Virus record (IMG/VR): IMGVR_UViG_3300010162_000393
Coordinates: 1-64,000 of that record
Length of the DNA: 64,000 nt
Origin: a virus
Lineage: Duplodnaviria; Caudoviricetes
Direction: 5' to 3' (one strand)
The notes beneath the pieces were generated by a model that was not told where the DNA came from, ran no database searches, and saw only the letters and a program-made list of their open reading frames with translations. This document shows positions 49,401 to 54,695 of the stretch, one piece after another. The stretch's first letter is position 1; each line of letters opens with the position of its first letter. The translations under genes were made by a program, and so were the position numbers.

Positions 49401-51827
49401 CATGTATTAGTCTTACTCCAACCTTTGACACACGAAATTAAATTCATAGTAACAGATGAAGACAGTGGTGAACCGATTATTGGCGCAACCATTGATGTTG
49501 TAAATTCAATAAGTGAACAAGTTGTGTCTTTAACTGATAACGGCGATGGAACATACACGGCGTTTATAGTAAATGGAGATTATGATTATGATGTTTCAAA
49601 AGAAAAATATATACCAAAAGATGGTAGATTCAACATTAATCGTGATGATAAAGTAATTGAAGTACAACTTAAACTTGCATGTGAAATACCTGTTATTACA
49701 AGTAGTAATGAGATATTTTCCCTAATAGGTGAAGAAATTTTCTTACAATTGGAACAAGATGGTACACCGGGTGTATGGACATTGGTTGAGGTAACAGGTT
49801 ATGGTGGTGATTTTAATAACGATTTTAGTAACGATTTCAGTATCGGTAAAAACACTGGTAAATTACCTATTGGGGTAACATTTGATTCTGAAAACGCTAT
49901 TATTGGCGGTATACCAAATGAGTTTGGTATCTTTACCGTTACTGTAAAGTTGGAAAACGACTGTGGTGAAGATGAAATGGAAATTGAAATCTTTGTCTGT
50001 GCTGAATCCGAGATAACAAGTACTAATGAAATTATTAACGAAGAAGAGACTCTTCATACAGTAACACTTCTTACAACTATAGAGCGACGCACAAGTCAAA
50101 TTTTCAACGGAAAGTTGTATATGCCACAAGAACAAGGTACCACCCTTGAAATTTTTGATTTGATAACTGAATCTAGTCGCACGGTAACACTTACAAATAT
50201 GGGGCGATACACAAGTCAAATTTTCAACGGAAAGTTGTATATGCCACGAGCACATCAGTTTCCTACCGGTATCGGCACCCTTGAAATTTTTGATTTGGTA
50301 ACTGAAGTTAATCGCACGGTAACGCTTCCTACAAATAATATGATGCGATACACAAGTCATATTTTCAATGGAAAGTTATATATGCCACAAAGTTGGGGTA
50401 CAACCCTTGAGATTTTTGATTTGATAGAAGAAACTACTCGGACGATAACACTTCCTACAAGTATGGAACGATACACAAGTCAAATTTTCAACGGAAAGTT
50501 ATATATGCCACAAAGTTTGGGTACAACCCTTGAGATCTTTGATTTGGTGACAGAAACTACTCGGACGGTAGCACTTCCTACAAATATGTGGCGAAACACA
50601 AGTCAAATTTTCAATGGAAAGTTATATATGCCACAAAATAACGGTACCACCCTTGAGATTTTTGATTTAACGACAGAAACCACACGCACGGTAACACTCC
50701 CTATAGAAGTGTCTCAGGCAAGTCAAATTTACAATGGAAAGTTATGTATGCCACGTTCTGGTGGTGGAACCACCCTTGTGATTTTTGATTTGATAGAAGA
50801 AACCACTAACATGGTAACACTTTCAACTACAAATACGTTCCTATTAACAAGTCAAATTTACAATGGAAAGTTATATATGCCACAAACCAATGGTACCACC
50901 CTTGTGATTTTTACCACCACAATTATAAAATCAAGTTTATTTGAAATAGAAACAAATAAATATGTTTCAATACAATTAACCGCTTCTGCAACTCCTGGAA
51001 CATGGGTAATTACAGAAGGTGTATTACCACTTGGTTTAGTGTTAAATAATAAAACTGGGTTGATAAGTGGTATTGCAACCGAATTTGGAGAGTTTACATT
51101 TACGGTTGAATTGGAAACACCTTGTAGTATTGATACAACGGAAATTAACATGTTTGTTTGCGGCGCACCTGTTATTACAAGCGGTAATAGTATGTATTTC
51201 GTAATGGGAGAAGGTGACTATAGTGAACAATTAGAATATGTTGGCACAGAAGGTGAATGGTCGGTTTCAACAGGAACATTACCTAGTGGTTTATATTTAA
51301 ATCCAATAACCGGTGTTGTAGATGGTACCCCGAATGTATATGGTAACTTTACTTTCACAATTAAAATTGAAAACCCTTGTGGAGAAGCAACTAAAAACAT
51401 TAGTATGTTCATTTGCGGAAAACCAACCGTTATAACTAATCAGTTAAATTTTGTTAGAGGTGAATTTGGTTCAGAAGAATTAATATTTGCTGGTAGTAGA
51501 CCTGGATATTGGTCAATATTTGGTGGTAGTTTTGACGATGAGGATTTTGATGAATCCTTTGAGACAGAAGACGCTGAATTACCATATGGTTTATCATTAG
51601 ATCCAAATACCGGTATTATTAGCGGAACACCGATTGAAATAGGAAACTATGCAATTCTTGTTAAAGTTGTTAATCCTTGTGGTGAAGCAACAAAAGAAAT
51701 TAATATATTAATATGCGATGAATTTGATATAACAAATGATAATCAATATGATATTATAAAAGGTGATCCTATTTTAATACAATTAACAACTACTTTTGGT
51801 AAAAAAGATGAACCAATAGCACATTAA
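34437..51827 (+). CDS. Giant (5796 aa) putative-Ig (He_PIG-like) repeat protein with carboxypeptidase-regulatory-like domains and an inserted beta-propeller; probable virion fibre
   Basis: Roughly 60 units of about 81 aa, consensus C-x-x-P-x-I...W-S-I-x-x-G-x-LP-x-GL-x-L...G-x-ISGTPT...F-x-V-x-V-x-NxCG. Also I-x-DA-x-V...NG-x-Y...V-x-KEGY domains. No signal peptide seen. Confidence 0.9.
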   Translation: MASKFSVNRHATQKYSVYSRVVNDISPVVVASTAKSPNDIIFTITFYVTDFNDKKIPDASVSIVSHDFKIINHFDGSYKVIDVPNGKYEYVVEKTGFVAVEGVVTVSGSDLEVHVKLCEVPSKIVNGNLNFVMNEEMYQKFGYVGSTPGTWSVVKGELPNGITFDHDGILSGTPRAFGKFEVTVMVENSCGSVTKDLLIQVCAVPEITTVDFVLPHKQTVSEQLSFYGSEPATWSVEDGLLPKGLLLNGQTGVISGTTKDYGDFDVTFKVANACGEDVKELKITICAKPKITSNDDTKFTMGEEGSVQLTSYGNPGVWTLYSGNLPNGLTLSEDGILSGTPTTFGKFDFTVKVENACGEDRQFMKVWICGKPEVVSGDMSFVMGQPVSHQLQFSGSRPGTWSIVEGVLPKGLTLNAETGVISGTPKEFGESSFTVMVVNPCGEATKVVNASLCAKPTIMSCCSGCDTNFVKGQEASMQYEASGSAGTWSVLGGILPTGLTLDPNTGIISGTPTVGGYYEFTLKFTNPCGEVEKCMSLFVCAEPSIKGSGEISFAMGQPGSHELHFEGSRPGIWSVSEGVLPAGVSLNAELGVISGTPTEFGDFDFTLKVTNHCGESTKEMNISICGQPQITSAGNINILTGESVNIQLESNGTPGVWSAEYGLPEGLSLSADGLISGEPTESGNFNVLITLTNDCGEASRNFNIFVCAEPEILTGDFDVLQNTPMSKQLQFAGSRPGTWSIEEGSLPWELKMDSKGVVSGTPKKVGSFSVLLKVKNYCGEVTKPIVVTSKKTYKATFIVKMEDGTMVPDASVVVGGFIVTNNNNGTYESYLTDGAHGFTVTKEGYEVEEGVVEIDGEDVVVTIILCVFPEILNGDMSFVMGVAKVVQLESTGSAGEWSIQGDLPEGLTFNATTGVISGTPEEFGEFEITLIMTNPCGSVSKDIEIVICGAPEITSSDEIEFVKGEKSSYELEFFGTDPATWEVSEGSLPAGLTLDAATGEIKGTPTVFGDFVFTVKVTNECGFDEQEISMFICAEPEVTSSGTLSFVMTEEHSEQLTSSGTPGVWSIVTGNLPDGLSLNVATGVISGTATEFGDFTVVVRVVNECGEATKETVISVCGLPVVTSGDMEFVMNEPVSHQLTAEGTEGTWRLLSGKLPLGLTLDSETGIISGTPTEFGDFSIVLRFTNVCGVARKILNIFVCAKPQITSANNINFALSDEASFQLEYTGTPGTWSVVDGDLPEGVTLKPTTGVISGTPVEAGNYYVTLKIENACGDATKSVNIFVCAEPVIIVSNIEFLQNVYVSKQLDFTGSRPGKWEVVSGSFPAGITLATNGVVSGIPTEMGNFEVVVKVKNPCGEDTKEISLFSCAKPVIINDNNIAFVKGEESAVQIEAIGTEGTWSIVSGALPNGLSLDPSGEISGTPTEGGTFKVTVQLENPCGVTTKMMVINVCAKPIIVSGDLDFVQNTPVSHQLRFIGSRPGKWSISAGNLPAGLSLDPNTGIISGSTHEFGEYNLTISVENECGVANKDIIMSTCSKPGIVSGDMNFVINEEGSSLLENSGTAGTWSIISGSLPNGLELDEITGEISGTPTVSGIYTFTVKVVNSCGEATKVVNLYVCAKPVISTGDLSFVMGEAVSQKLQYTGTRPGEWSIEGELPNGLTFNAETETISGIPSEFGEFEVILIVKNPCGEASKTIEIVICAKPVITSDHADFVMGEESSVELEGNGTEGVWTVDSGVLPEGLSLSSDGILSGTPAVSGNHSFTVKFKNACGESIKTILIYICAKPTIVSGDLNIVMGTPMSQQLIFSGTRPGTWSIESGNLPTGITLSEDGVLSGTTTEFGDFDVVIRVENPCGIALKPITIDTCAKPTITNNSDLTFVMNEYSSDELTASGTAGVWSVIGGSVLPDGLELDEETGIISGTPTVSGTFNIVVKIENHCGEDIRSIAIQICAKPTITSGELDFEVGVHGSETLTFTGSRPGTWSIVEGALPAGLTLNGATGVISGTPTEFGEFFVEVKVENHCGEETKEIEIFVCSKPAVTSGSNMNFVMGEAGSAQLTSSGTEGEWEIFAGELPAGLELDEETGLIYGNPTVFGNFAFTVMVVNPCGSATQEINMFICGKPAVISGDMEFVMGEESEEQLMFSGSRPGTWSVVEGDLPEGLTLDAETGVISGTPTEFGDIVFTVKVENPCGEATKEITAVVCGKPVVTSGTNMTFVMNEHSSEQLTSSGTEGIWSIDDGELPMGLILDPETGVISGTPLVFGNFVFTVKVENPCGEATEEINMFICGKPAVLNSTHPNFVMGEENELQLLFSGSRPGTWSIEEGELPEGVTLDPETGIISGIPTEFGDFEFTVKVENPCGEATKDFEMFVCAKPEIISPDKYDSVFDEEILFQLENTGTEGIWEITEGELPLGLELDEEGLIVGTPRVFGHFKFKVMVVNPCGEDEMEIDMFICKLPEIVSEEFDFVLGEESSEELTFIGSRPGSWSVVEGDLPAGLVLDSVEGTISGTATEKGDFNITLKVINPCGEDTKEIKIFVCEEPEVTSGGYFEFVMGNEVELQLEHTGTDGEWSLVEGDYLPEGLELNSETGLISGIATEFGNFYFTVKLTNYCGEAYKVIQIFMCGLPEILTESMGFVMGEEDDHQIVATGSMPGTWSIIEGVLPNSFVLNTSTGIISGTLTEHGEFPITVKLVNSCGETTKEIIITVCQTPTITSENDLEFVMGERVTFQLTNDGTAGEWEIIDGELPEGLRLNPLTGVISGRAREFGNFTFTVKIDNHCGSDTQVIEMFMCGLPVILHGNMNFQINEPGSDTFIGDGTPGTWSIVGGGLLPTGLTLNPTTGEVSGTPTVAGHFELVVKLENDCGSIMRDVVIFVCAPPEIIGEIDDFYVMGSEISQEFQFSGSRPGEWSVVGGDLPEGVTFDPETGILSGIPTEHGEFIFTVKVENPCGEATKEINIFICLEPEIITGGLEFDFNEYGEFELEVIGSEGAWSIVDGDLPIGLSLNEETGVISGTPTENGVFPITVKFENDCGSDETEILIVICKEPEITTEEMTPSLNNPYSQNIEYTGTEPHTWAIVGGDLPLGLVLNEFTGEISGTPLEFGDFIITVKAENDCGEDEKSILISVCAAPTVITTGLEFVVGQEGSEVLESFGTPGTWSIEDGDLPEGLLLDPDTGEISGTPTDLDVFGEIKITVKVENDCGDDEKEITLFICREPEITTEDMYAFVDEEFSEFIVYEGSEPHSWEIVDGDLPDGLDLDPETGEISGTPTEFGDFIFTVKVENYCGEDEKEIHMFVCAPPEIEIEDDEYDAVMGEEFSMQLTAYGTGGEWSIEDGDLPEGLTLNSETGEISGTPTEFGVFTITFKIENNCGEQNVEVTIYVCGEPEISTGQYIHLVQLEEFELQLEFTGTQPGTWSAVNLPDGLVLSEDGLLSGIPTGHEDVTSQITVTNDCGTDTKSFFFDVDDVHRLIFEVKDIRTGDHIPDATVLCPGLDAVENVGSGFYITILNDGTYTWSVSKEGYYPKSGTVIVEGDEAEDIHVLVELQPLTHEIKFIVTDEDSGDPIIGATIDVVNKESGDTVSLTDNGDGTYTAFIINGEYDYDVSKEKYIPADGEFEIDHDDEVVEVQLKLACVVPTITSGDSMYFVMDEEGFELLEYTGTEGEWSIVEGDLPDGLDLDPETGEVSGTPTEYGNFIFTAKIINECGEDEIEIDLFVCAPETEIISDDEYEIVSGSPVSIQLTTSATLGTWEIVDGGLPAGLTLSETGLISGTATEIGEFWFTVKMEAPCCEDEMEIYMFVCGTPTITSSNNMYFVMGEEDDFQLTATGSEGLWSISTGSLPSGLTLDAGTGEISGTPTVYGNFTFTVKIVNPCGEATQNVNMSICGKPEITSANLGFVMDEVGARQLQYDGSRPGTWAIVDGDLPAGLALNASTGIIIGVPTEFGVFEVTVKVTNVCDEDTKEIIITVCASPEITNENTMEFTIGESGSEQLTSSGTAGTWSIETGTLPAGLTLNGTTGVISGTPTEFGDSFKFTVKVTNPCGSDTMEIDMFVCGKPEVTTTEMEFVMGEEKTEHLTFTGTTPGTWTIEDGDLPEGLELDEETGEISGTPTEFGEFSISVKVENHCGDDIKEIDIIVCGEPEITSSNTMEFTMGEPGSEQLTHTGTEGTWSIVSGESDGSFDDDFDDDFDIGEEASELPDGLSLNPETGVISGTPTEFGNFTITVKVENDCGEDEMEVEIIICGKPGIISDEFDIVMGEPESILLLHEGSAPGTWNIEDGDLPDGLTLNEATGEISGTASEFGVFSFTVKVVNACGSDTKEIEITVCAEPEITSDDTTDFVMGKPGSKQLTYSGTEGIWSISNGILPNGLALNTITGLISGTPTEFGDFSVTVRIVNDCNEDSQVINMFVCGEPEITSDDEMFFVMDEEGSKQLTYVGSPGVWSISNGDLPEGLDLNGETGLISGTATEFGEFMFTVKITNDCGEDEMEIELFVCATDSEITSDNEYEIETGKTVSIQLTASKTLGEWVIVDGGLPIGLTLNKETGLISGTATEFGDFKFTVKMETICGEDEMEIDIFVCGAPVITSGNSMSFVIDEPGSETLTYTGTEGTWSISVGSLPNGLSLNTTTGVVSGTPTVYGNFMFTVKITNPCGEASRNINMFICGTPEITSGDNMFFVMGESSSETLTFDGSRPGTWAIEEGILPGGLLLNGTTGVITGTPTEYGDYVFTVKITNPCGWATKQINMLVCTEPEITTSINEYDGVKGNPISIELESIGTDGVWSVSAGKLPTGLLLDDETGIISGTPTEFGDFTFTVKITNPCGVDTLEIELFICGPAEIITGQYFHFIQEEEVEETLEFEGTHPGVWTAEDLPEGLVLSEEGKLSGSPTEFGEFRTQITVNNDCGGDTKEFLFEIDDIHRIIFEVKDIRTGDHIPDATVVCPDLEIENVGYGFYVTKLVDGTYDWTVSKEGYYTETGTVIVEGDEAEDIHVLVLLQPLTHEIKFIVTDEDSGEPIIGATIDVVNSISEQVVSLTDNGDGTYTAFIVNGDYDYDVSKEKYIPKDGRFNINRDDKVIEVQLKLACEIPVITSSNEIFSLIGEEIFLQLEQDGTPGVWTLVEVTGYGGDFNNDFSNDFSIGKNTGKLPIGVTFDSENAIIGGIPNEFGIFTVTVKLENDCGEDEMEIEIFVCAESEITSTNEIINEEETLHTVTLLTTIERRTSQIFNGKLYMPQEQGTTLEIFDLITESSRTVTLTNMGRYTSQIFNGKLYMPRAHQFPTGIGTLEIFDLVTEVNRTVTLPTNNMMRYTSHIFNGKLYMPQSWGTTLEIFDLIEETTRTITLPTSMERYTSQIFNGKLYMPQSLGTTLEIFDLVTETTRTVALPTNMWRNTSQIFNGKLYMPQNNGTTLEIFDLTTETTRTVTLPIEVSQASQIYNGKLCMPRSGGGTTLVIFDLIEETTNMVTLSTTNTFLLTSQIYNGKLYMPQTNGTTLVIFTTTIIKSSLFEIETNKYVSIQLTASATPGTWVITEGVLPLGLVLNNKTGLISGIATEFGEFTFTVELETPCSIDTTEINMFVCGAPVITSGNSMYFVMGEGDYSEQLEYVGTEGEWSVSTGTLPSGLYLNPITGVVDGTPNVYGNFTFTIKIENPCGEATKNISMFICGKPTVITNQLNFVRGEFGSEELIFAGSRPGYWSIFGGSFDDEDFDESFETEDAELPYGLSLDPNTGIISGTPIEIGNYAILVKVVNPCGEATKEINILICDEFDITNDNQYDIIKGDPILIQLTTTFGKKDEPIAH
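50050..50920 (+). repeat. Seven repeats of about 39 aa (about 117 bp), a predicted 7-bladed beta-propeller
   Basis: Unit TSQIFNGKLYMPQxxGTTLEIFDLxxETTRTVTLP repeated seven times, highly similar at the DNA level. Confidence 0.85.
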
Positions 51828-51830
51828 TAT

Positions 51831-51838
51831 CTATTTAT
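51831..51838 (+). promoter_or_regulatory. CTATTTAT motif in the 47-nt gap that splits an Ig domain
   Basis: Starts 4 nt after the giant gene's stop and precedes the ATG at 51875. Confidence 0.55.
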
Positions 51839-51874
51839 GAATAAAAGAAAAATAATATTTAAATATAAAAAATT

Positions 51875-54664
51875 ATGGATTCAAAATTAATAAACGAATG
51901 GACAATTATATACGGTAGATTACCAAATGGTTTGTTGTTGGATAAGGAAACCGGTGAAATAAGCGGTATCCCAACCGAAACAGGTAACTTCACATTTACT
52001 GTAAAGGTTGTAAATCTTTGTGGAGAAGAAACAATGGAGATAGAATTGTTTGTTTGCGCAATGCCTGAAATTACGACCGCACCATATTTTCATTTTATAC
52101 AATTAGAAGAAATTGAAGAAAAAATATTAGAGTTTGAAGGAACTCAACCAGGAGTATGGTCTGCTGTTAATTTGCCAGACGGGTTAATATTATCGGAAGA
52201 CGGAAAACTAACAGGAACACCAACCGGATATGGTGAAATAAAATCAGAAATAACTGTTACCAATGCCTGTGGAGCAGATACTGTAGAATTTCTTTTTGAT
52301 TTAGATGATGTTCATCAAATTATATTTGAAGTAAAAGATAAACGAACCGGTGAACATATACCTGACGCAACAGTTATTTGCCCTGATTTGGAAATAGAAA
52401 ATCATGATAATGGTTTTTATACAACAATACTGAATGACGGGGAGCATCCTTGGCATGTTTCAAAAGAAGGGTATTTTCCAGAAGAAGGGACCGTTGTAGT
52501 AGAAGGAGATGAGGGGGAAGATATTTATGTGTTGGTGGAACTTCAACCAACAACATATGAATTAAAGTTTATTGTTACATATGAAGATACAGGAAATCCG
52601 GTAACAGATGCTACTATTGGGGTTATAAATTCTGAAACTGAACAAATTATTTCTTTAACAAATAAAGGTGGTGGTGTGTACTCTACATTTGTTGAAAATG
52701 GTAAATATGATTGGGGCGTTTCAAAAGAAAGTTATATTCCAGTAGATGGTGACGTTACTATTAATTATGCGGACGAGGTAATTGAGGTTGCGCTTATCCA
52801 AACTACAAAAGAATTAATATTTAAGGTAATAAATAATGGTGGTAGTTTTAGTGAACTACATTTTGATAATTCTTTTGATGTTGGCGGAAGGTTAATTAAT
52901 GATGCGACGGTTGTTTCTGGTAATTCACTGATTGATTTAGATATAACAAACAACAATGACGGTACTTATAAAACAGAAGTGTTTTCTGGTACATATAACT
53001 ATGCAATATCAAAAGAGGGATTCATAACCGAAAAAGGTAGTGTAGTGGTGCAAAGTGAAAATGTTGAAGTTTCTGTCCCACTTTCTGAAATAGTTGGTAT
53101 TATAACAGTAAATGCGACTGTTGCCCTGAGTAATGCTACTTGTAGTGCAACAATATCAGCATCTCCTGTATTATCTGGTTATACATATGATTGGTCTTTA
53201 TGGAATATGGATACAGAAACTTTAATTTCACAATCTCTTAATCAAACAGGTACTACATGGAATATGGGAGCAATGAGTAGTGGAAATCAAAATGTACCTC
53301 TTGAAGTACGCTGTACTGTAAAAGAACCTGTTTCGTCCGGCACCGCTTCGTTTGTTTGTACCCCACTTCCTTTGTGGAGAGTAACACAATTAAACCCTAC
53401 TTTGACGGTAAATAGAGCAAATATAATAACAGGTGAAACATTTATTGCCACATGTACAAACACCGTCGGAATGTCGCCGTTTGAATATGTATTTGAGGTG
53501 ATTAACCGCAGTAACGGTGAAGTAATACACGGTCCAATAAATCAAGATGTGTTAAATATATTTGAATATACACCAGCGACATTAGGAAATTATGGTGTTC
53601 GTTGTAGAGTGAATGTAAAAAATATACCTGTTGAATTTTATGATCAAACAGATGGGTTAGCAACAAGACTCGCTACCGTTAGTGGTCAAACTGATAACAT
53701 TGCTAGGGTTGATGTATACGATCCTATTGTTGCGACAATATCAACACCAAAATTAGGTCTGATGGAAGATGAACCGTTTGTTGTAACATGTACTTGGTCT
53801 GGTGGTTTAAGTCCATTTAGTTTTATTTGGAGTATGTGGCGAAAAGATGGTAGTACTTATACACAAATTGGAGCAAATACCACTACTACATCTTTTCAAT
53901 ATGGTAATGGTACATCAGCTTTATTTCCTACTCAATTTGCAACGCTCTTTACAAGTGGTGAAGCGAGTGGAATTAAAGAGGTTGAATTTAGATGTAGAGT
54001 AGAGAGTACTTCAACTTTATTTAACCCTCGTTTATCATGTGATGTGGTTCCAATTGTTGTTCAAATAGAACGACCACCATTTCAGTTTGTTTCAATAACA
54101 TTGGAAGGTACTGAACCTGGAGATGGTGACGATGGGAAAAGTCCTAGTCATTTTTTTGGAACAACCATAAAGGCAACTATTAATTTTACTGGTGGTACAC
54201 TACCAATAACACGTTACCAAAGAAGATTATCAACCCTTACAAATACAAATGGAAATTTAATTGCACTTGGTGATATTACACCGCTATCACCAACATTTGA
54301 GTTTATATGGCCGGTGTCAAACGGATCAACAAGTGGTAATGTTGATCATGTTACCTTGTATTGTACAGTAAGAGATAATAAGAATAGAGAAATAAATGGT
54401 AGTATAATAATATATAATTATATGTTTGGTAAACTATCTGGTATTATCACTTACAATCAGAAAAAACCAACAGGTGATGAAACGCTACCATACGTTATAA
54501 CACCATATGGTGGTGTTGGAACAGTTTATTATAGTTGGAAAATATACGATAATGAAACCAATGAATTAGTTGCAACGATTCCATCAATTGGTACCCAAAC
54601 CGGTACAACTATTAATTATGCAATTCCCTCAAGTCTTGCTCATTATGATGCTTTGATAAAATAA
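51875..54664 (+). CDS. Ig-repeat fibre continuation protein (929 aa)
   Basis: Begins with the second half of an Ig repeat. Then carboxypeptidase-regulatory-like domains and PKD/Ig-like units (GG-x-x-P...Y-x-W...V-R-C-x-V). Confidence 0.88.
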   Translation: MDSKLINEWTIIYGRLPNGLLLDKETGEISGIPTETGNFTFTVKVVNLCGEETMEIELFVCAMPEITTAPYFHFIQLEEIEEKILEFEGTQPGVWSAVNLPDGLILSEDGKLTGTPTGYGEIKSEITVTNACGADTVEFLFDLDDVHQIIFEVKDKRTGEHIPDATVICPDLEIENHDNGFYTTILNDGEHPWHVSKEGYFPEEGTVVVEGDEGEDIYVLVELQPTTYELKFIVTYEDTGNPVTDATIGVINSETEQIISLTNKGGGVYSTFVENGKYDWGVSKESYIPVDGDVTINYADEVIEVALIQTTKELIFKVINNGGSFSELHFDNSFDVGGRLINDATVVSGNSLIDLDITNNNDGTYKTEVFSGTYNYAISKEGFITEKGSVVVQSENVEVSVPLSEIVGIITVNATVALSNATCSATISASPVLSGYTYDWSLWNMDTETLISQSLNQTGTTWNMGAMSSGNQNVPLEVRCTVKEPVSSGTASFVCTPLPLWRVTQLNPTLTVNRANIITGETFIATCTNTVGMSPFEYVFEVINRSNGEVIHGPINQDVLNIFEYTPATLGNYGVRCRVNVKNIPVEFYDQTDGLATRLATVSGQTDNIARVDVYDPIVATISTPKLGLMEDEPFVVTCTWSGGLSPFSFIWSMWRKDGSTYTQIGANTTTTSFQYGNGTSALFPTQFATLFTSGEASGIKEVEFRCRVESTSTLFNPRLSCDVVPIVVQIERPPFQFVSITLEGTEPGDGDDGKSPSHFFGTTIKATINFTGGTLPITRYQRRLSTLTNTNGNLIALGDITPLSPTFEFIWPVSNGSTSGNVDHVTLYCTVRDNKNREINGSIIIYNYMFGKLSGIITYNQKKPTGDETLPYVITPYGGVGTVYYSWKIYDNETNELVATIPSIGTQTGTTINYAIPSSLAHYDALIK

Positions 54665-54695
54665 TATAAAAATAATATAAAAAAATAATAATAAA

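Noticed and set aside
50050-50920. Possible CRISPR array or DGR variable repeat
   Set aside because: The repeats are in-frame protein blades. Differences include indels and are not obviously adenine-restricted. No reverse transcriptase, template repeat or cas gene was seen in the window.
35603-52956. Many minus-strand ORFs (up to 504 aa) opposite the fibre genes
   Set aside because: These are antisense shadows of the repetitive sense codons. They give S/P/I-rich translations with no independent signals.
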